Source of the DNA: the human T2T-CHM13v2.0 reference genome, Homo sapiens
Assembly (NCBI RefSeq): GCF_009914755.1
Contig: NC_060926.1
DNA: 64,000 nucleotides
Direction: 5' to 3' (one strand)
Shown: in pieces, positions 1-16,064 of the stretch
Layout of the letters: the number at the start of each line of letters is the position of its first letter
Position numbering within the stretch: position 1 is the first letter of the stretch
Translations under genes and position numbers: made by a program
Notes under the pieces: model-generated
The model's database searches: none
Told to the model about the DNA's origin: nothing
What the model saw: the letters and a program-made list of their open reading frames with translations, nothing else

Positions 1-299
1 TTTCCTTATAGCCTTTAAAATAGAATAAATTCTTATGTGCATTTAATAACTTAGATTTTCTGCTTGAAAGCAAATAAATGGAGTAAATCAGTCCCAAAAA
101 TTAGAATAATTTCTGTAATACAAAATTAAACCAATTTAATTAACATTTTAATGTTAACAGGACACAGCTAAGATCACCCTTAGAATAATGAATCTATGTA
201 AAGATCTTCATGGATAGAAAAGGTACAAATGGGTTTGCATGAAGCTTGTACCTACCTCTGATATTTGGGACAAAAGAGATGGGTCACTAGAAAGGTTTC

Positions 300-934
300 T
301 GCTTTAGAAATGACCTCCTTATCAATCTCCTTGTTTTTAATCTTGCCCTATAAATTCCATTCTTCAAAATGAAGTCAGAGTATCTGTTATTATCTCAAAT
401 GTAGCTTCCTTGCTTAAAACACTTCAGTACTTCAGTAGTCCTATTGTCTTAGAGCAAATTTTTGGGGTCATTTCACTGGCATAAAAGGCCTGACCTAAAC
501 TGTGTTCCTTTCTACAGATAGAATTTCATTTCATATCACTCATTGCCTTGAGCTATGTGCTGTGGTAATACCAAAGAACTGGTGATTACCTTGCTGAATA
601 CGTTGCATTAATTCAAGCCTCTGTACTTGTGCTCACACTATTTCCTTTTCCTGGGGTGTTGTCCTCACCTGTCTTCCCCTTGTGACTCCTTCTCCCATTA
701 AGACTTATCAAGTCTCCTCTAGGAGGTATTTAAAATGGCCTTCTGCTATGGTCCAATATAAGTCTGCATACATTTTATTATTTGCTGCATTACATTGAAA
801 TTAACCAGTTACGTATCTGTTTCTTACTCTAGACTCTAAGTATTCCCATTACACCTCTTTATGGTTATCTTTATGGTTCTAGCTCCCATTTTGAAATCAG
901 TTATTATCCCAATAAAATCAATAAGTGTTGAACC
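300..934 (+). mobile_element. L2 LINE fragment (3' region), degraded
   Basis: L2-like text such as ttccttgcttaaaacacttcag...attgtcttagagcaaatt, ending near aataagtgttgaa. Boundaries approximate. Confidence 0.5.
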
Positions 935-935
935 A

Positions 936-1227
936 GGCTGAGTGCAGTGGCTCACACCCGTAATCTCAGTGGGAGTTTGGGAGGCCAAGGCAAGACAATC
1001 GCTTGAGGGCAGGAGTTTGAGAACAGCCTGGCCAACATAGTGAGACCACATCTCTAACAACAATAACAACAAAAAGCCAGGGTATGGTGGTACATGCCTA
1101 TAGTCCTAGCTACTCAGTGCTGATATGGGAGATCACTTGAGCTCAGGACTTCAAAACTGCAGTGAGCTATAATCACGCCCTGTGCCCCAGCCTGGACAAC
1201 AGAGCAAGACCCTGTCTCTTGAAAAAA
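936..1227 (+). mobile_element. Alu, AluJ-type, full dimer
   Basis: ggctgagtgcagtggctcac start; J-type cgcttgagggcaggagtt and gtgagctat; TSD gtgttgaacc at 925-934 and 1229-1238. Confidence 0.93.
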
Positions 1228-4200
1228 TGTGTTGAACCGCACTGAGTATATAACATTATCTTGTTCTTTTGCCCATCTCCATCATTTCAATGTTCTGTTG
1301 TGGCCTGGGAGTTTCCAGAAAGTAACATTCTCTTTTCTTATGTGAATTGCTGAACTAAACTACTAATATTCTTCAGAATTATAGAGTAGTAACACTATAA
1401 ATGGCTGTTAACAAAAGCCATATGGCTAACACTGACCTGTTACTAAATAAGAGTATATTGAGGACTCAGGTGGGAAAAATATTCAAGAATTAGTTAGCTT
1501 CATGTGCTAATATTTATAAGAAATAATTACATTGCAAGAAACGTGTTAAAGCATCTCAGTTATGTTTAGTAGTAACTAAACTTGACACTATTTGCATATT
1601 TGGAGTACTTCTACTGTTTTTTCAACTTAAGAGCTCAAGCAAGTTTTATACATTCATAAAAAATTATAAAATCATTTCTTTATTTCAATTTTCAAGGCCA
1701 ACGTATTGTGTAGACTTTCTTATAATTGTTACAAACTCAGAAAAAGAAAGATTTATGAAAGAAACATTGACATTCCTTTAACAATGGTAGTTTTAGCAGG
1801 CACCTTGGTATTATCAGATATTGCGGCTCCCAGTCTCCAGTTTCCAGATAATGCAGTGACTTAATCAGTCCTCTCTGAAGTGCAAAGCAGGCAATCTTCT
1901 TTGTCCTTTGTGCATTTCTCACGTCTTACAACTGCCCCACTTCAATATTCCTGTGTGTCACCTACCCCACATCCGTCTTACCCTATATCACTATTCTTTG
2001 TAATTTATTCTGGGCTTAGTTTTGTTACTACACTGAAATCTTATGCATAATTATGTGAGGTTGCTATGGAGATTTTGTGTGATTTGTCATGAGGAAAACC
2101 TATTGTGTTTGAGATGATTCTCCATACTAATGATCAAGAATCCATTTTTTTGCCCATATTTTCTCTGGGATTATAACCAACTGCATATATTTGAATATCT
2201 ATAAGCAAAAGTTATTCTATAAATAACATAAGCAGAAAAAAGTTATTGAATTCACCATTAAAGTGAAGCACTTTAGTGCAACCAGTTCAATTTCTCATGA
2301 TTTAGAAAGAACTTCTAATGTAACTCTTTTTGAATACCAGCTGAACTCTTGCCTGAATCCTTTTAGAAGAGACCCTGAAGAAGTTATTCTATAATCACAT
2401 CTCTTAAAATTCTGTCACTAATACTATATATTTGGCTATACAATAACTTGAAAATGTAATTTTGGAGAATCTGTGAAACTATTGTGCAAAATTAAGAGAA
2501 GATATAGCCACCTTATTCGAAAATGTTTATTCATAATTCTTCAATTATACAGACTTTTTGGAGGTGGAAACTGAGGGCGAAATTGATTATTTGGCATTAG
2601 TCAAAGGCAATTCAGACTAAAGACTGTGATTGAACAACAGAAGGTAAATATCACACCATATAACAAAGTCATGATTTTATACCTCTCTTGTCTGACCGCC
2701 CCACCACCAGCCTAGGATGAGGAAAAGCATGAAATATCATGAGACAATGCACATGAATCTCTCCTTTAGCCCCCAGGTCAGCAAAGCTAATTTCAGGATC
2801 ATGATTGATTTTTAGAGAGAAACATTCCCAATTCAAGTAGGTAGAAGTTTCCCAAGCAGGCAGAAGAGAATTGTGATGAATTCGGCAGCTTGTCATCAGG
2901 AAAGTGGCATCCAGAGGATAAATTTAGAAGTTAAGAAGTGAAATCTCAAATCAAAGGCAGACTAATTATAGAAATGTTTTCTAGGCAACTATTTGTCTGA
3001 AAACACAACTAAATTACCAATCATTTCTGGAAAGAGTGTGTGGTTTTCACTCATGATAATTTGTTGCCATGGGTACCCAGTGTAGAAATCTAACAGGAAC
3101 AGAGATAGCAAGTAAGGAGAAGGAGAGAGAGGGGCTCAGTGAGATGCTCTGGAAGAGGAAGATCATAGTCAGTGTTTGCGTGACAAAGGACTCCAATTCA
3201 GTCGACTATCTGGTAAGTCTGGACAGCAAAGGAGTCCTTTCATTGTCTTCATGGGAGCCAATGAAGTACCCTCCTCCCAGAAGCCGAGAATAGTCTATAC
3301 TGGACATGCAAGTCAGTGTCTGAAAAGTGTCAGAGCAGGTGATAGATCTTAAGGGATTATTCTCTATACTACAATTGATTCAAAGGGAGAGGAGCTTCTG
3401 GAAACAATGAATGATCATTTAGGGAGGAAAATAGGAGAACACTTTTGTAAGAATATAAAAGGAAAATAATACCTGCCTTAAAAGGCTGGTGAGTAGAAGA
3501 TCATGGCTAATCAAATTAGAGTGGAGAAGGAATTTAGCTTCAGCAACTGGAACCAATACATGGTTTGAAAGTCTTCCCATTAAAAAAAAAAAAAAGTACT
3601 AGCATATAGGGAAGACTCACATGATAGGTGCAAGAAATCAATGGGCAGACCCAAGCAGGAGACAAGGACCTATGCTGGTGACTGGAGAATCTTACTGAGG
3701 TCTTTAGAGGAAGTCATGGGCTCCTACCACAGGGTTAACCAAAGGTTGTGGCTTTTCTAAGAGAATGCATCAGAGATGAGAGGAGGAGCTTCACCAGCCC
3801 ACAACCAATGTACCCTACTTCTAATTCAGAGAAACTTGTAGTGAGATCTCCAGTGGCTTTGGAATTCTGCATAGAAAGCTAGAGAATGTGAGCGCCTAAG
3901 TAGCCATGTCCAGTTGAAGAACAGGTAAAAGGGAAAGGAGGGCAATTTGGAGAGGAAGAAGATGTCAAAGTATTAGGTTGTCTTGATCAATATTCCTTAA
4001 GCAGAGCTGCAAAGATAGATCCTCAGGGATTTCCTCAAGACCCAAAGTCCTATTTTCATGGTTTCACAAAGTCTCAATAAATATCTTTAAACTCTTAATC
4101 TCATTTCAGTGGCATTAAAATAAATACTAAGCATATTCTAAATGTATTAGTGAACAACTTTTGACTGAATACTGCCATGTGGTCCAGTGTTCTTTGCACT

Positions 4201-4639
4201 TTTATTTATGATGCTCTTGTTAAAAGTGAAGAAAACGGACGTGAGCTTAATGGACAAATGGAATATTCCTGCCACAAGAAAAGGCCAAAATGATATAATC
4301 CCATGTTAAACTAACAGTTTGTAGCTTGATGGGTTGAACATTGGAAAGACAATTGGGTTGTCATCCATTACAAGAGTCTACAGGACAGCCAAACTCAGAA
4401 GAACCTGCTCCTAGTGGAAAAGACCATTAACAAATATGCAAATTGCAAATAAGTCTAGCAAATGTCTTAGCAAAATAGCACCATCTGTTATATTAAATCC
4501 AGTTCATATATTTGATTTCTATTGGTTTTATAGTTTTGAATTTATAAATTTATTTTGATTCTGCACTTAAGAAAGAACTATAAGCATAAAGAGTGTATGG
4601 TAAGAAGAAAAATAATCAAGGAATTGAGAGAAGCATAAA

Positions 4640-5830
<1,191 letters not shown>

Positions 5831-5897
5831 TAGTATATCATGAAAAGCCTGGGCTTCAAGTCAGAAATCTGAGTAACTCTTTACCACTGACTAGTTC

Positions 5898-6107
5898 GGT
5901 GGTCCCACAAATCTAACCCACTGCCCATTTTTGTAAATAAATGTTGGAATACAGCCACACACAATTTTTTTTTTTACCTATTGTCTGTGGCTGCATTTGT
6001 CATTCAGTGGCAAAGTTAAGTAAGTAGTTGCAAAAGAGATCATGTGGCACACAAAGCTAAGATATTTACTATCAGCCTATTTACAAAAAGAGTTTGTCAA
6101 TTCCCTG
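5898..6107 (+). mobile_element. MER58A (hAT-Charlie MITE), inserted in a MIR
   Basis: tttttgtaaataaa...ttggaatacagccaca...aagatatttactatc...agtttgtcaattccctg; flanked by actagtt(c/a) at 5890-5897 and 6108-6115. Confidence 0.85.
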
Positions 6108-6339
6108 ACTAGTTACATAAACAACTAGGATGTTTCATAACTTTACTTATACTCATTTTCATCATCGACATTAATCTACATTAACAGAAATTGATTACTA
6201 TAGCATAGTGCTTCAAAGGCATCTAATGAAATAATGTATGGGAAAGCTCCTTATGGATTGTAGTGTGTTGTACAGAGATAAGGCATGTCTTATGATCACT
6301 CTGGCTACTGAAAGATTAATAGCAATATTTTCATGTTAA

Positions 6340-6436
6340 AGACATGCCAATCTCCGGTACAAAGAAGACTCTCAAAAATACTAGATGGACTTTTGGATGA
6401 ATGGATAGATGGGTGGATGGATGAATGAATGAATGA
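6340..6436 (+). mobile_element. L2 3' end with (TGGA/TGAA)n tail
   Basis: ctcaaaaata...gatgaatgaatgaatga. Confidence 0.5.
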
Positions 6437-6594
6437 CAGTAGTAATTATACCTCGCTTATCACTGGCTATGTAACAGGGACACATACTGTTTTACATGTA
6501 TTACCTTGTTTAACTGTTGTAACAGACTTGTAACATTATTTACATTTTGCTTCTGAGTAAAAGAGATTTAAACAATGGCAACATCATCAGAAGC

Positions 6595-6875
6595 AATAAC
6601 AAATATTTATACAGGACTTATGACATTTAGCCACTGTGATAACTACTTACCAAATATTATTTCATTTAATCCCTCAATTACCTCATGAAGTAGGTGTTGG
6701 TATTATCATCATCATCATCATCATCGTCATCATCTAATCATCATTATTATTCCATCTTTATTGATGAGAAAATAGAGGTTCAGGAAAACTAACAGACTTC
6801 CCAAAATCAGGCATCTGGTAAGTGGCAGAGCTGGAATTCAAAACCTTGTCTGCTTGACTCTGAGCTTTTAACCAT
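6595..6875 (-). mobile_element. MIR SINE with internal (ATC)n expansion
   Basis: tcatttaatccctc...gatgagaaaatagaggttcag...ggtaagtggcagagctggaattcaaa; (ATC)n near 6704-6745. Confidence 0.85.
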
Positions 6876-7014
6876 CAGACACTGAGACAATGGATTTGCA
6901 TTGACATGACTCAATTTTCTAAAGATAAATGTAATGTCTTATTGAAATAATTAAATATTCTTGACTCTGAAGTGCTCTGACCTTACAACAAACCATGAAA
7001 ACTAGTTTTTAAAG

Positions 7015-7392
7015 GACTTTTTATGCTGAACTAGTTTTAGACTTCAAGAAAATTTGCAAACATAGTACAGAATTCTCTTTATATCTCCCATCCAGCTTCC
7101 CATAATATTAATATATTAAATAAAAATGACACAATGGTGAGAACCATTTAGTTGTCATTTCTCCTTAGTTTCCTTCATTCGCTAACAGTTCCTTAGTCCT
7201 TCCCTGGGTTTCATGTTCTCGACACTTTGGAAGAATATTGATTAGTTACTTTGTACAGTGACTCTCAATTTGGGATTCTCTGATTTTCTGTTTTTCAGAA
7301 TTTGACTGAGGCTGTGCAGTTTTGGCAAGAATATCACAGAAATGATGCTGTGTGCTCAGTAGATCACAGTGGAGCTCGTGAGGTCATTGTGT
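7015..7392 (-). mobile_element. Old L1 (L1MC-type) 3' UTR fragment
   Basis: ttttagacttcaagaaaatttgcaaacatagtacagaattct... resembles the reverse L1MC 3' end. Confidence 0.6.
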
Positions 7393-7394
7393 CT

Positions 7395-7692
7395 TTTTTT
7401 TTTCTTTTTTTTTGAGACAGAGTCTCAATACTGTCACCCAGGCTGGAGTGCTGTAGCGCCATCTTGGCTCACTGCTGCCTCTGCCTCCCAGGCTCAAGCA
7501 ATGCACCTCAGCCTCCTGAGTAGCTGGGACTGCAGGTACATGCCACCATGCTCGGCTAATTTTTAAACTTTTTGTAGAGATGGGGTGTCACTATATTGCC
7601 CAGACTGCTCTTGAACTCTTAGACTCAAGCAATCCTTCTGCCTCTGCCTCCCAAAGTGCTGGGATTACAGGTGTGAGCCACCATGCCTGGCC
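7395..7692 (-). mobile_element. Alu, AluJ-type
   Basis: Poly(T), then gagacagagtctc...ggctcaagcaat...actcaagcaatcct...ccatgcctggcc. Confidence 0.93.
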
Positions 7693-8166
7693 TTTATAAT
7701 TTGTTTTAACAGACTGAAGTCTCAATAAACTGACAGGTACCCTAGCTAGAAACACACACACACACACAAACACATACACAAAACCTCATGAGAGTTTTGA
7801 CTGTGTTAAGAAATTCCTGAGAACCACAAGCAAAAGTAACATCAATTCTGCCTTTTTCTCCAATGACATGGTTACTGAAATAAGCACTGGTTAGCAGAGG
7901 CTGAGGGCATCTGGAGTTTACTTCCTATTTCTTATTGTTTCCCTACTAGCTGGCGAAGCACATTGTCTGATAGAAATGAACTTTTGGTGTATGTGTATCT
8001 CTGAGCCCCATATGACAAAGCCAGCTTGAATCATGCTCCAAATACTCATTCATTTCCTTGTATATGCCAGGCTAGACTCTGGTTGCCTGTCCTACCTATG
8101 AGCCAGGATCATTGGATGATAAGCACTAGGAAGGTTTTTCTAGAATTCTGCCATTATACTTAGCCT

Positions 8167-8186
8167 ACACACACACACACACACAC
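8167..8186. repeat. (CA)n microsatellite
   Basis: About 10 CA units; an interrupted CA run also lies at about 7753-7780. Confidence 0.9.
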
Positions 8187-8936
8187 GTATATATACATAA
8201 AACATATTGATTCTATATTAAGATTGAAAGACATAAGTCCCATGAAAATAAGGGTTGTTAATTTTCTCACATCTTGCTCTGCTCAGCTATAGTCAATTTA
8301 AAATTGCAGTTGAATACAAAGAGAGTTTGCTGTGAATACATTGAAGGCCATTGCTTTATTCAGGTGGGCATAATTACAGAGACCATAAGGAGACTCCCTT
8401 TTATTTATTGATCTGACTTCTATAAGTTTCCTGGATTTCAACATTTTTTCTTGTTTAGAGATATACTGTCTGAAAACTATTCAATTTGAAATGTGTCCAC
8501 TGTACAATTCAGTCCTTGGAAAAAAAGCCTTTAGTAATTAAAGCAGCCATGGTGTACCTGCTGGCACTAAAATATCCCTGTAAGATGTTAGCCATCAATA
8601 TTTCTATAGAAAATGCCTTATTCAACAATATGCTCTTATTATTTCAGTTACAGACACTTTTGTAAAAGCACACATTTAAAATGCACATTAAAAGAATAGG
8701 GGAAAAATTGATGGTTTGTCTTAAAAAGGAAAAACCTGCAGAATTGGGAAAAATAGTTTTGTGAGCACATTTTTTGATAGTTGTATTTTTTTTAATTTTG
8801 GACAACCATTTTGAGTAACAATGACTATTCTGAGAGCCTATCTCTGTAAATCTCTTATCAATAGTAAGTAAAGAAGATAAAGTCAGATGTTGATTAGATC
8901 ATATTTTTAAATATTGGTGATTTAAATCTTAAATAA

Positions 8937-9243
<307 letters not shown>

Positions 9244-10223
9244 TTAAAAAAATATTTGAATCAAATATTGGCAACTAAATAAATATGTTTGGGTAAAACC
9301 TATTCCAATGCTTAAAACATTATAATGTGCCAGAAAAATTATACACAGTTCATAAGAGAATATTTGTTAAATAGTTATTTTTGATTTAATGTGACTCAAA
9401 ATCAGAACTTAAAGAGACTTTAAAAGTCATATGGGGAGTAAATTGGTAGAAGTGTCTGGAGGATAATCTGAAGTTGCAAAAATTTTAAAGTATATGTGTG
9501 ACACTTCTGCTTGCCCAATTTATCATAAGGAAATAGTAAAACAAAGTTACAATAATGCCCATGAAATTACGTTCACCACAGTTTTACTTATCACGTAAAG
9601 ACACTGAAAATGACACCAATGGCCCAAACAGCGATTGGCTGATAAACTTTAAGACAAGTAGTCTCAAGTCCCACACCTTCAACCTTGAAATAAACCTGGA
9701 CTTCCACAGATTCTTTTTAAATGCTAAATGTGAGCTCTTGTTCATCTGACCAGAAAAGAAAACCAGAACAAAACAACAGCAGAAACATCAACAACAAAAC
9801 CCTTCCCAGCCGAGGAGCGGTGGCTTTCCCTGCCTGACCAGCAGCCTGGGTTACAGACCTGACCTCCTTGGTATCATGGAACCTAAGAAATTATTGGCTA
9901 TTTTCTGCAGCTGTTTTCACAAAGCCACAGCGGAGGTGACCTTGGGGTGGGGTGAGGCAGGACCCAGCAGACGGGAGCTCTGGGCTTCCCCTCCAGTGAG
10001 AGTGACTTGAATTTCATCTCAGCCACAACTGGTTTTCTAGGTAAGATTTTATTTGAATATGCTTTCTAAAGCCAAAAAAGAAAATATAAGTTTAAAAACC
10101 ACTACTGTACCACCCAACAATTAGTTGTTGTTATTGTTGTTGTTGTTTTTTCAAATTAGCTCAAACCAGGAAAACAAAGTGCTGATTTTAGTTACAAGGA
10201 TTATAGATCACATAAGTCTGGAA

Positions 10224-10569
10224 CAGGACTGCCATCTCTTATTCAAACCCCTTTGTACCAGATGAATTCCAAATACTTTGTATTTGTTAGATAGTTAATA
10301 TAGAACCTATATATTATGAAACACCCCTAGCAAACATGGAGGCAGCAACTCACACTCAAATACATTAATAGTTCTGAAGTGAGTCATATAAAAATTCACA
10401 CTAGATGAATTAAATAAAAATTTAAGTTACCTCATATCAATTCATATCAGACTTTTTACCAACTGAGTTGGGCCAAATCCTTAAGAAAATTAAAGAAACA
10501 AACAAACAAAAAAATTGGCTTTCAGAGCTTTTTGGATGTTAGGATTGTGGCTCAGGGGCTGTGCACCTG
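10224..10569 (+). mobile_element. MER46C (TcMar-Tigger MITE)
   Basis: aaacacccctagc...acattaatagttctg...attcacacta...ttcagagctttttggatgttaggattgtgg...gcacctg. Confidence 0.8.
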
Positions 10570-10964
10570 TGTGATGCAGACAAAGCTGGAGTTCATGAGG
10601 AGCTGCAGGTGGAGACCCCAGCCCAGCCAGATGCCCCCCAGAACTGAAGTCAGACACGTGGATGCTCACTTGGGAAGGCAAAGAGTAAAATTCAAAGCTC
10701 CATACAGAAGGTAGAAAGAGCTCATCAGAGAAAACAAATTAGAGGTCACATGCCCTTTTCAGCAGTCAATATATATTTCTATTCTTTAAAACACATTTTC
10801 CAAGAAAAGGACTATGTATACTTTAATATTCATACAATGCCATAATAATCTGGTAAAGTGAAAATATGTCCACCTTATATGGGTAAGTGGGAAATGTTGC
10901 CAAAAACTATTTTTTTCTATTAGATAGATCCCTTACCCAAGTGTGCACATGAATTTTAAAAAGA

Positions 10965-11120
10965 TGCTATGTAAATGGATAAATAACCAAAATGTTAACA
11001 GTGCTTAATTTCAGGGAGTGTAAATTTGCTGATTTTTATTTTTATTTTATTTTTCCTTTTCTAAGTGTTTCTGTATTTTTTGAATAATGAGAAAGTATGA
11101 TTTTTAAAAAAGAAAAACAG
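10965..11120 (+). mobile_element. L1ME-type 3' end fragment
   Basis: accaaaatgttaacagtg...gatttttatttttatttt. Confidence 0.5.
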
Positions 11121-11309
11121 AACTCTTTACTCTTGGTGAAAAATACAATTATTAGCGGTTCACATGTAATTTAGTCCCTCAGGGACCAAGTGATTCACCT
11201 AAAGTCACATTGTTAATTTGGAGAAAAACTATGCTTGGACTCAAGGCCTTTGACTCCAAGCCTTGCATCCTCTCCATTTCTCCAGGCTGCATTTTGAAAT
11301 GAAGCATGA

Positions 11310-12070
11310 AGGATGGCCCCTGCCTTCAAAGTGCTAATGATTAAGTTGAGGAGATAAGAAATATAACTAGGAAGCAATTAACAAACATTACAAGATGCTA
11401 TCTATTTAAGTAACTGCTGCAAATCCTTTTGGAAGTGGGAGGGGTCATCTAAATCTCAAATAAGAGAATACAGTATAACATTGCATGACACGTATTGCAA
11501 ATTCCTATGAATTCAGAGGAGTAGAAGATAAAACTTAGTAGTCCCAGAGAAGGCTCTACTGGTAAAAGACAGATACGCTTTGAAAAGGTTAAGGTCAGGA
11601 AGGATATTTGTTTCCACAAGGACATATCCAGACAACAAGACCACTGATTGATGGTAGAAATAGTTCTCTGCATATGCTAGAGAGTAGGAGAACAGGACTG
11701 GACAGGTGGAGTAGGCACAGTTTACAGAAGGCTTTGAAACTGAAAAATAAGAGGATGATTTAGAAATGATGTGGAAAGAAATAGGAGCCATGGACAGCTT
11801 TCATCGAGGGAATCACGGGTGGGACAAAGGCACTTAAACTGCATGAATGTTCCAGAAGTGGCATGTAGGGTGGATAGGCAGGTGAGGATGATGTCGTGGA
11901 AGTCAGGTGCAGAACTATCGAAGCAATGTCTGATGTTGGGCAGCAGAAATTCACAAGGAATCAGGATCAGACATGGAAGCAGAAGGCTGAGTCACAAAGA
12001 TGCCAAGGTTTGGAATGGATGTCTCTGAAAACAGTGATGACCTGACAGAGATAGATGATTTAAGATGGGG
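11310..12070 (-). mobile_element. L2 fragments
   Basis: Purine-rich reverse L2 text (ccctgccttcaaagtgc..., ggagccatggacagcttt). Confidence 0.45.
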
Positions 12071-14619
12071 TTCACTATTTCAGAAGGCAGAGCAAAGAGT
12101 AAAGAAAACATGAAGTGCTCTTGTTCGTTAAAGTTATAACTGTTTAGCCATGTAGGTTTGAGCACTAAGGCCAAGGGGCTAGGTTCAAACTTTCAATTTG
12201 CAATGTGGCTTGATTCTGTTCTGATGCATCAGCCATGCTCCTCTTATTTCATGCAACTATAGCAAACACAGGGGGATTAAAAATAGGGAAGACAGACAAG
12301 TCAATACCAATTATAGGAAAATGATTTCATAAACAAGCAAAATTCATCCAAATATGATCAAGTAAGAACATGATTTTATATGGCTTAAATAGCATCTAAA
12401 TGTTTTCTTTCGATTTATTTGTGCGAGAAAAAAGAGAGGTTATAAATATAGAAAATGGATGAAAATACAAGTAGTTACATCTTCCCTGTGTCTGCTTAGG
12501 CATTCTATATTTTGCTTGAAGTGTTTTTTAAGAAATGATTTATCTTCATTCCATCTGCCCTGTCAGAGACACCTTGGTTGGGTCAGAATGACTGGTTTAG
12601 CTGGGACCCCATTGCCTCTGAACCTTTAAACAGACAGCGCTTTGAATTTCATTTCAGAGATCAGGTGACATCCAAATCCACTTAATGTGTAACTGGTATG
12701 GTTTTTGATGTCACTGGAGACCCTGATGAAATTACAATCCTATTAGTCATGACGGGGGAAGACAGGAGACCTTAGGTGGCTAATGTTCCATTCATAACAA
12801 GAAAGAGCCATTTAGCATTTGTAAAGGGCATTGATTTCTGATAGTTCCCTAAAGAACAAGGCTCAAGTGAAGAAATATGACCAGAAAGAGCTTGGGAAAG
12901 AAATGATAGAAAAGGCAAGATTGCATTTATCCAAACAGCTTTACTCTGTGTACTTTTTACAACTTCACTTGAATCCAAAGAATTGAGTCTTCATGTAAAA
13001 GTGGATATGAGGAAGGACAGGAAGGACATGCTCAGCTACACAGAGATTCTGTTACTGAGAAATCTGGGGAATTATACCGTGCCCTTGATTGATACCAATG
13101 AGGTGCCTCTAAATATAAAGGGTAAGTAGAGGTTATGTGGAAAAAGGGTTTTAATCTGGGTGATAAATTGCCAGATTCCATTATGCTTAATGAGTCTCAT
13201 CAGTGCATAGCTAGACTCAAGAAAATAAAACCCCTTTCAAAGCCTAGTATAAGCAAATTAGAAGAATTAATAATAAAAATCCTATTAATGTGTATGCAAT
13301 TTCAAGCAGTTAATGAAGTCAATTTAAAAAGTTTGGCTAACGTATTTTTTTTTTTTTTGCATTTTTTAAAATAAAAATACCTGATCATCAAAATAGATTT
13401 GTTCTTCAGGATTTTTTTTCTTTTTTTCCCCCAAATATATCCTATGTAAGACTTAAAGGATTAGATTTCCTTTGGTTTACTCTTCTCCAGGGAGGGCCCT
13501 ACTTAGAAGTTATGGGATATGACAAAGGGAGTGTTGCAGGTCTTCAAATGTATAAAATGCTTATTGACCTGAAAGTTACAAATGAGATTCATTCAAGCAA
13601 ATTTGCCAAGCTTCATAATATCCCTCCTAAGCAAATGGCGACTACCTGAAGAAAAAGGTTCTCAGTCACCTGCCTGGTAAAACATAAATCTTTGCTTCTC
13701 AACATAAGGTCTCAGGTAGGAAATAAGAAGCAGGGTCTACAAACATCTATGTGTGGCTCAAAACAGCAGTAGTTGTTGTCTCTGACCAGCTAAGACCTTC
13801 AGTCCCAAATAACAGAGAATCTGCTGGATTTGCACCAACAAATTTTTGTGCAATAAACCATCAGTCATGGGTTAAAAATCAGACTCTCACTTCTTGCCAA
13901 TTGGATTCTTTTAAGCCATCATTTAGAAAAGAATCTCCATACTCAAGCATATAATCAAAGCATGTGGGAGATGAGAAAAAAGGTAGCCCCTGTTTTGTAG
14001 TTAAATCCCTAGGCAAGAAGCACAATCAGACATCTGTGCGTATTTAGATTTCCATGAAAAGGAATGCCATGTGCTCCTTAATGCCATGTGAAATAACATA
14101 ACTCATGGTTTTCGGATGGCACCCAGGGGCATGGAGAGTGTAATGATGTCCGCTTCAGAAGTTAGGAACACACTTGTGTGCAATGTTACCTAGATAATAG
14201 TCACAGTGTCTGGCACAGAGTAAGCACCCTATAAATATTTCTTCAACTCTGAATGGAAGAGTGAGTTCTTTCATACACAATCTGCTATGTAAAGTTTGTA
14301 CATCCTCTGTTTTGTTACAAAAATAATATATGTTCTCACTAGCTTGTGGTTTAACCTCTGAATCAATGAAGAATGGGAGCCACTCCCTCCTCAATTTTTT
14401 TCCTTCCTGGGCTGCTAATGTGCTGCCCCTACCTGGTTCTACCTCCATACCTCAGTGCTTCCTTACTGGGCTTCCTCTTCAAATTACTTGTCGCCATCCC
14501 AACCCTGTTTATTTTCTTTTACATTTTCTAATCAAGGATTCATTGAGTTGTATGACTTCAACAAATGCCTTTATGCAACCGTGCCCTGAAATATTTACAA
14601 GCTTATCATTATACTAGAT

Positions 14620-15080
14620 TCTGTAAGGGATAATATAGTTTAGTAAGAAGTGCACTCATATACTTGAAGATAAATGACAATTTTATGGCCAAATGATTGA
14701 AAAGATGCAGAACTATCATTAGAAAAGAAAAAGAGCCCTGTTGTTTCTGGCAAAGGATGTGAGATTTGAGTGGTCCTTGAAGGATGGATGAGAGTCATAC
14801 ATGGAGAGCTCGAGAAGGAGAGGCTATCAGGAGGTCAACTGTTATGGGCAAAGACGGTGGTGATGGAAAACTATGTGGCTGGTTTGGGGTCAATGAGGAG
14901 ACTGCTGGGTCTGCCTTGAAGGTTTCATTATAGAATAATGGGCAGTGTTGTGGAAAGACAGGTGGACCCACTCTGGAAGCCCTCAAATGCTTGATTAAGG
15001 AATGGATTTTATCCCATGGGAAAAATAGAACTATGTGGGATTTTAAGCCTGTAAGGGACTTAATAAAATGATTCCTACTG
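14620..15080 (-). mobile_element. L2 fragment
   Basis: gagatttgagtggtccttgaaggatgg...ggattttaagcctg. Confidence 0.5.
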
Positions 15081-15638
15081 ACTAGAAGGTTCTTTCTCAA
15101 CATCTCCTCACTGCAAGTCCATTCCAAATCCCATGTTTCTTTTTCCTTTGTCCACTGGCTTAATTATTTCTGTCAGTGTTAACAGCATTTTTCTTGGACT
15201 CAAAGGCTGTTATCCTTGGGAATATCTTTGAGGTTTGTCTCCAACTTCAAAACTATTTGAGGGTTCACTGACCAAAAGCACCTTGGTAATGCTTTAAATA
15301 AATACATATTCCTAGACCCTGTTCGAGACCAACTGTATAGTGGTAGATTTTAGGACCCAGATTTCTACCTCTTACAGAATGAGTAAATCTTTGCTAATGG
15401 TTACTTTTCCTTTCAAATATCTGTCAACCTTCCCATTTCTTTTCAAACCTACTGCAGTCACTGTAACTCAGAACTTCCTTATCCTTGACTAGTTACTATG
15501 ACAGGCACCTTCTGGGTTACATCCTTCACTCTAATATCAGCATCTTCTTTACAGAACTCATTTGGACTCCAGGAGAATAGCAACATAATCGTAATTCAGA
15601 TCAGTGGTACTCAGATGTTTCAGTGGAGGTGATTCTAA

Positions 15639-16064
<426 letters not shown>

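Noticed and set aside
12125-12290. Possible tRNA-like or MamSINE1 remnant (ctaaggccaaggggctaggttcaaac)
   Set aside because: Too degraded to call by eye; no cloverleaf evident.
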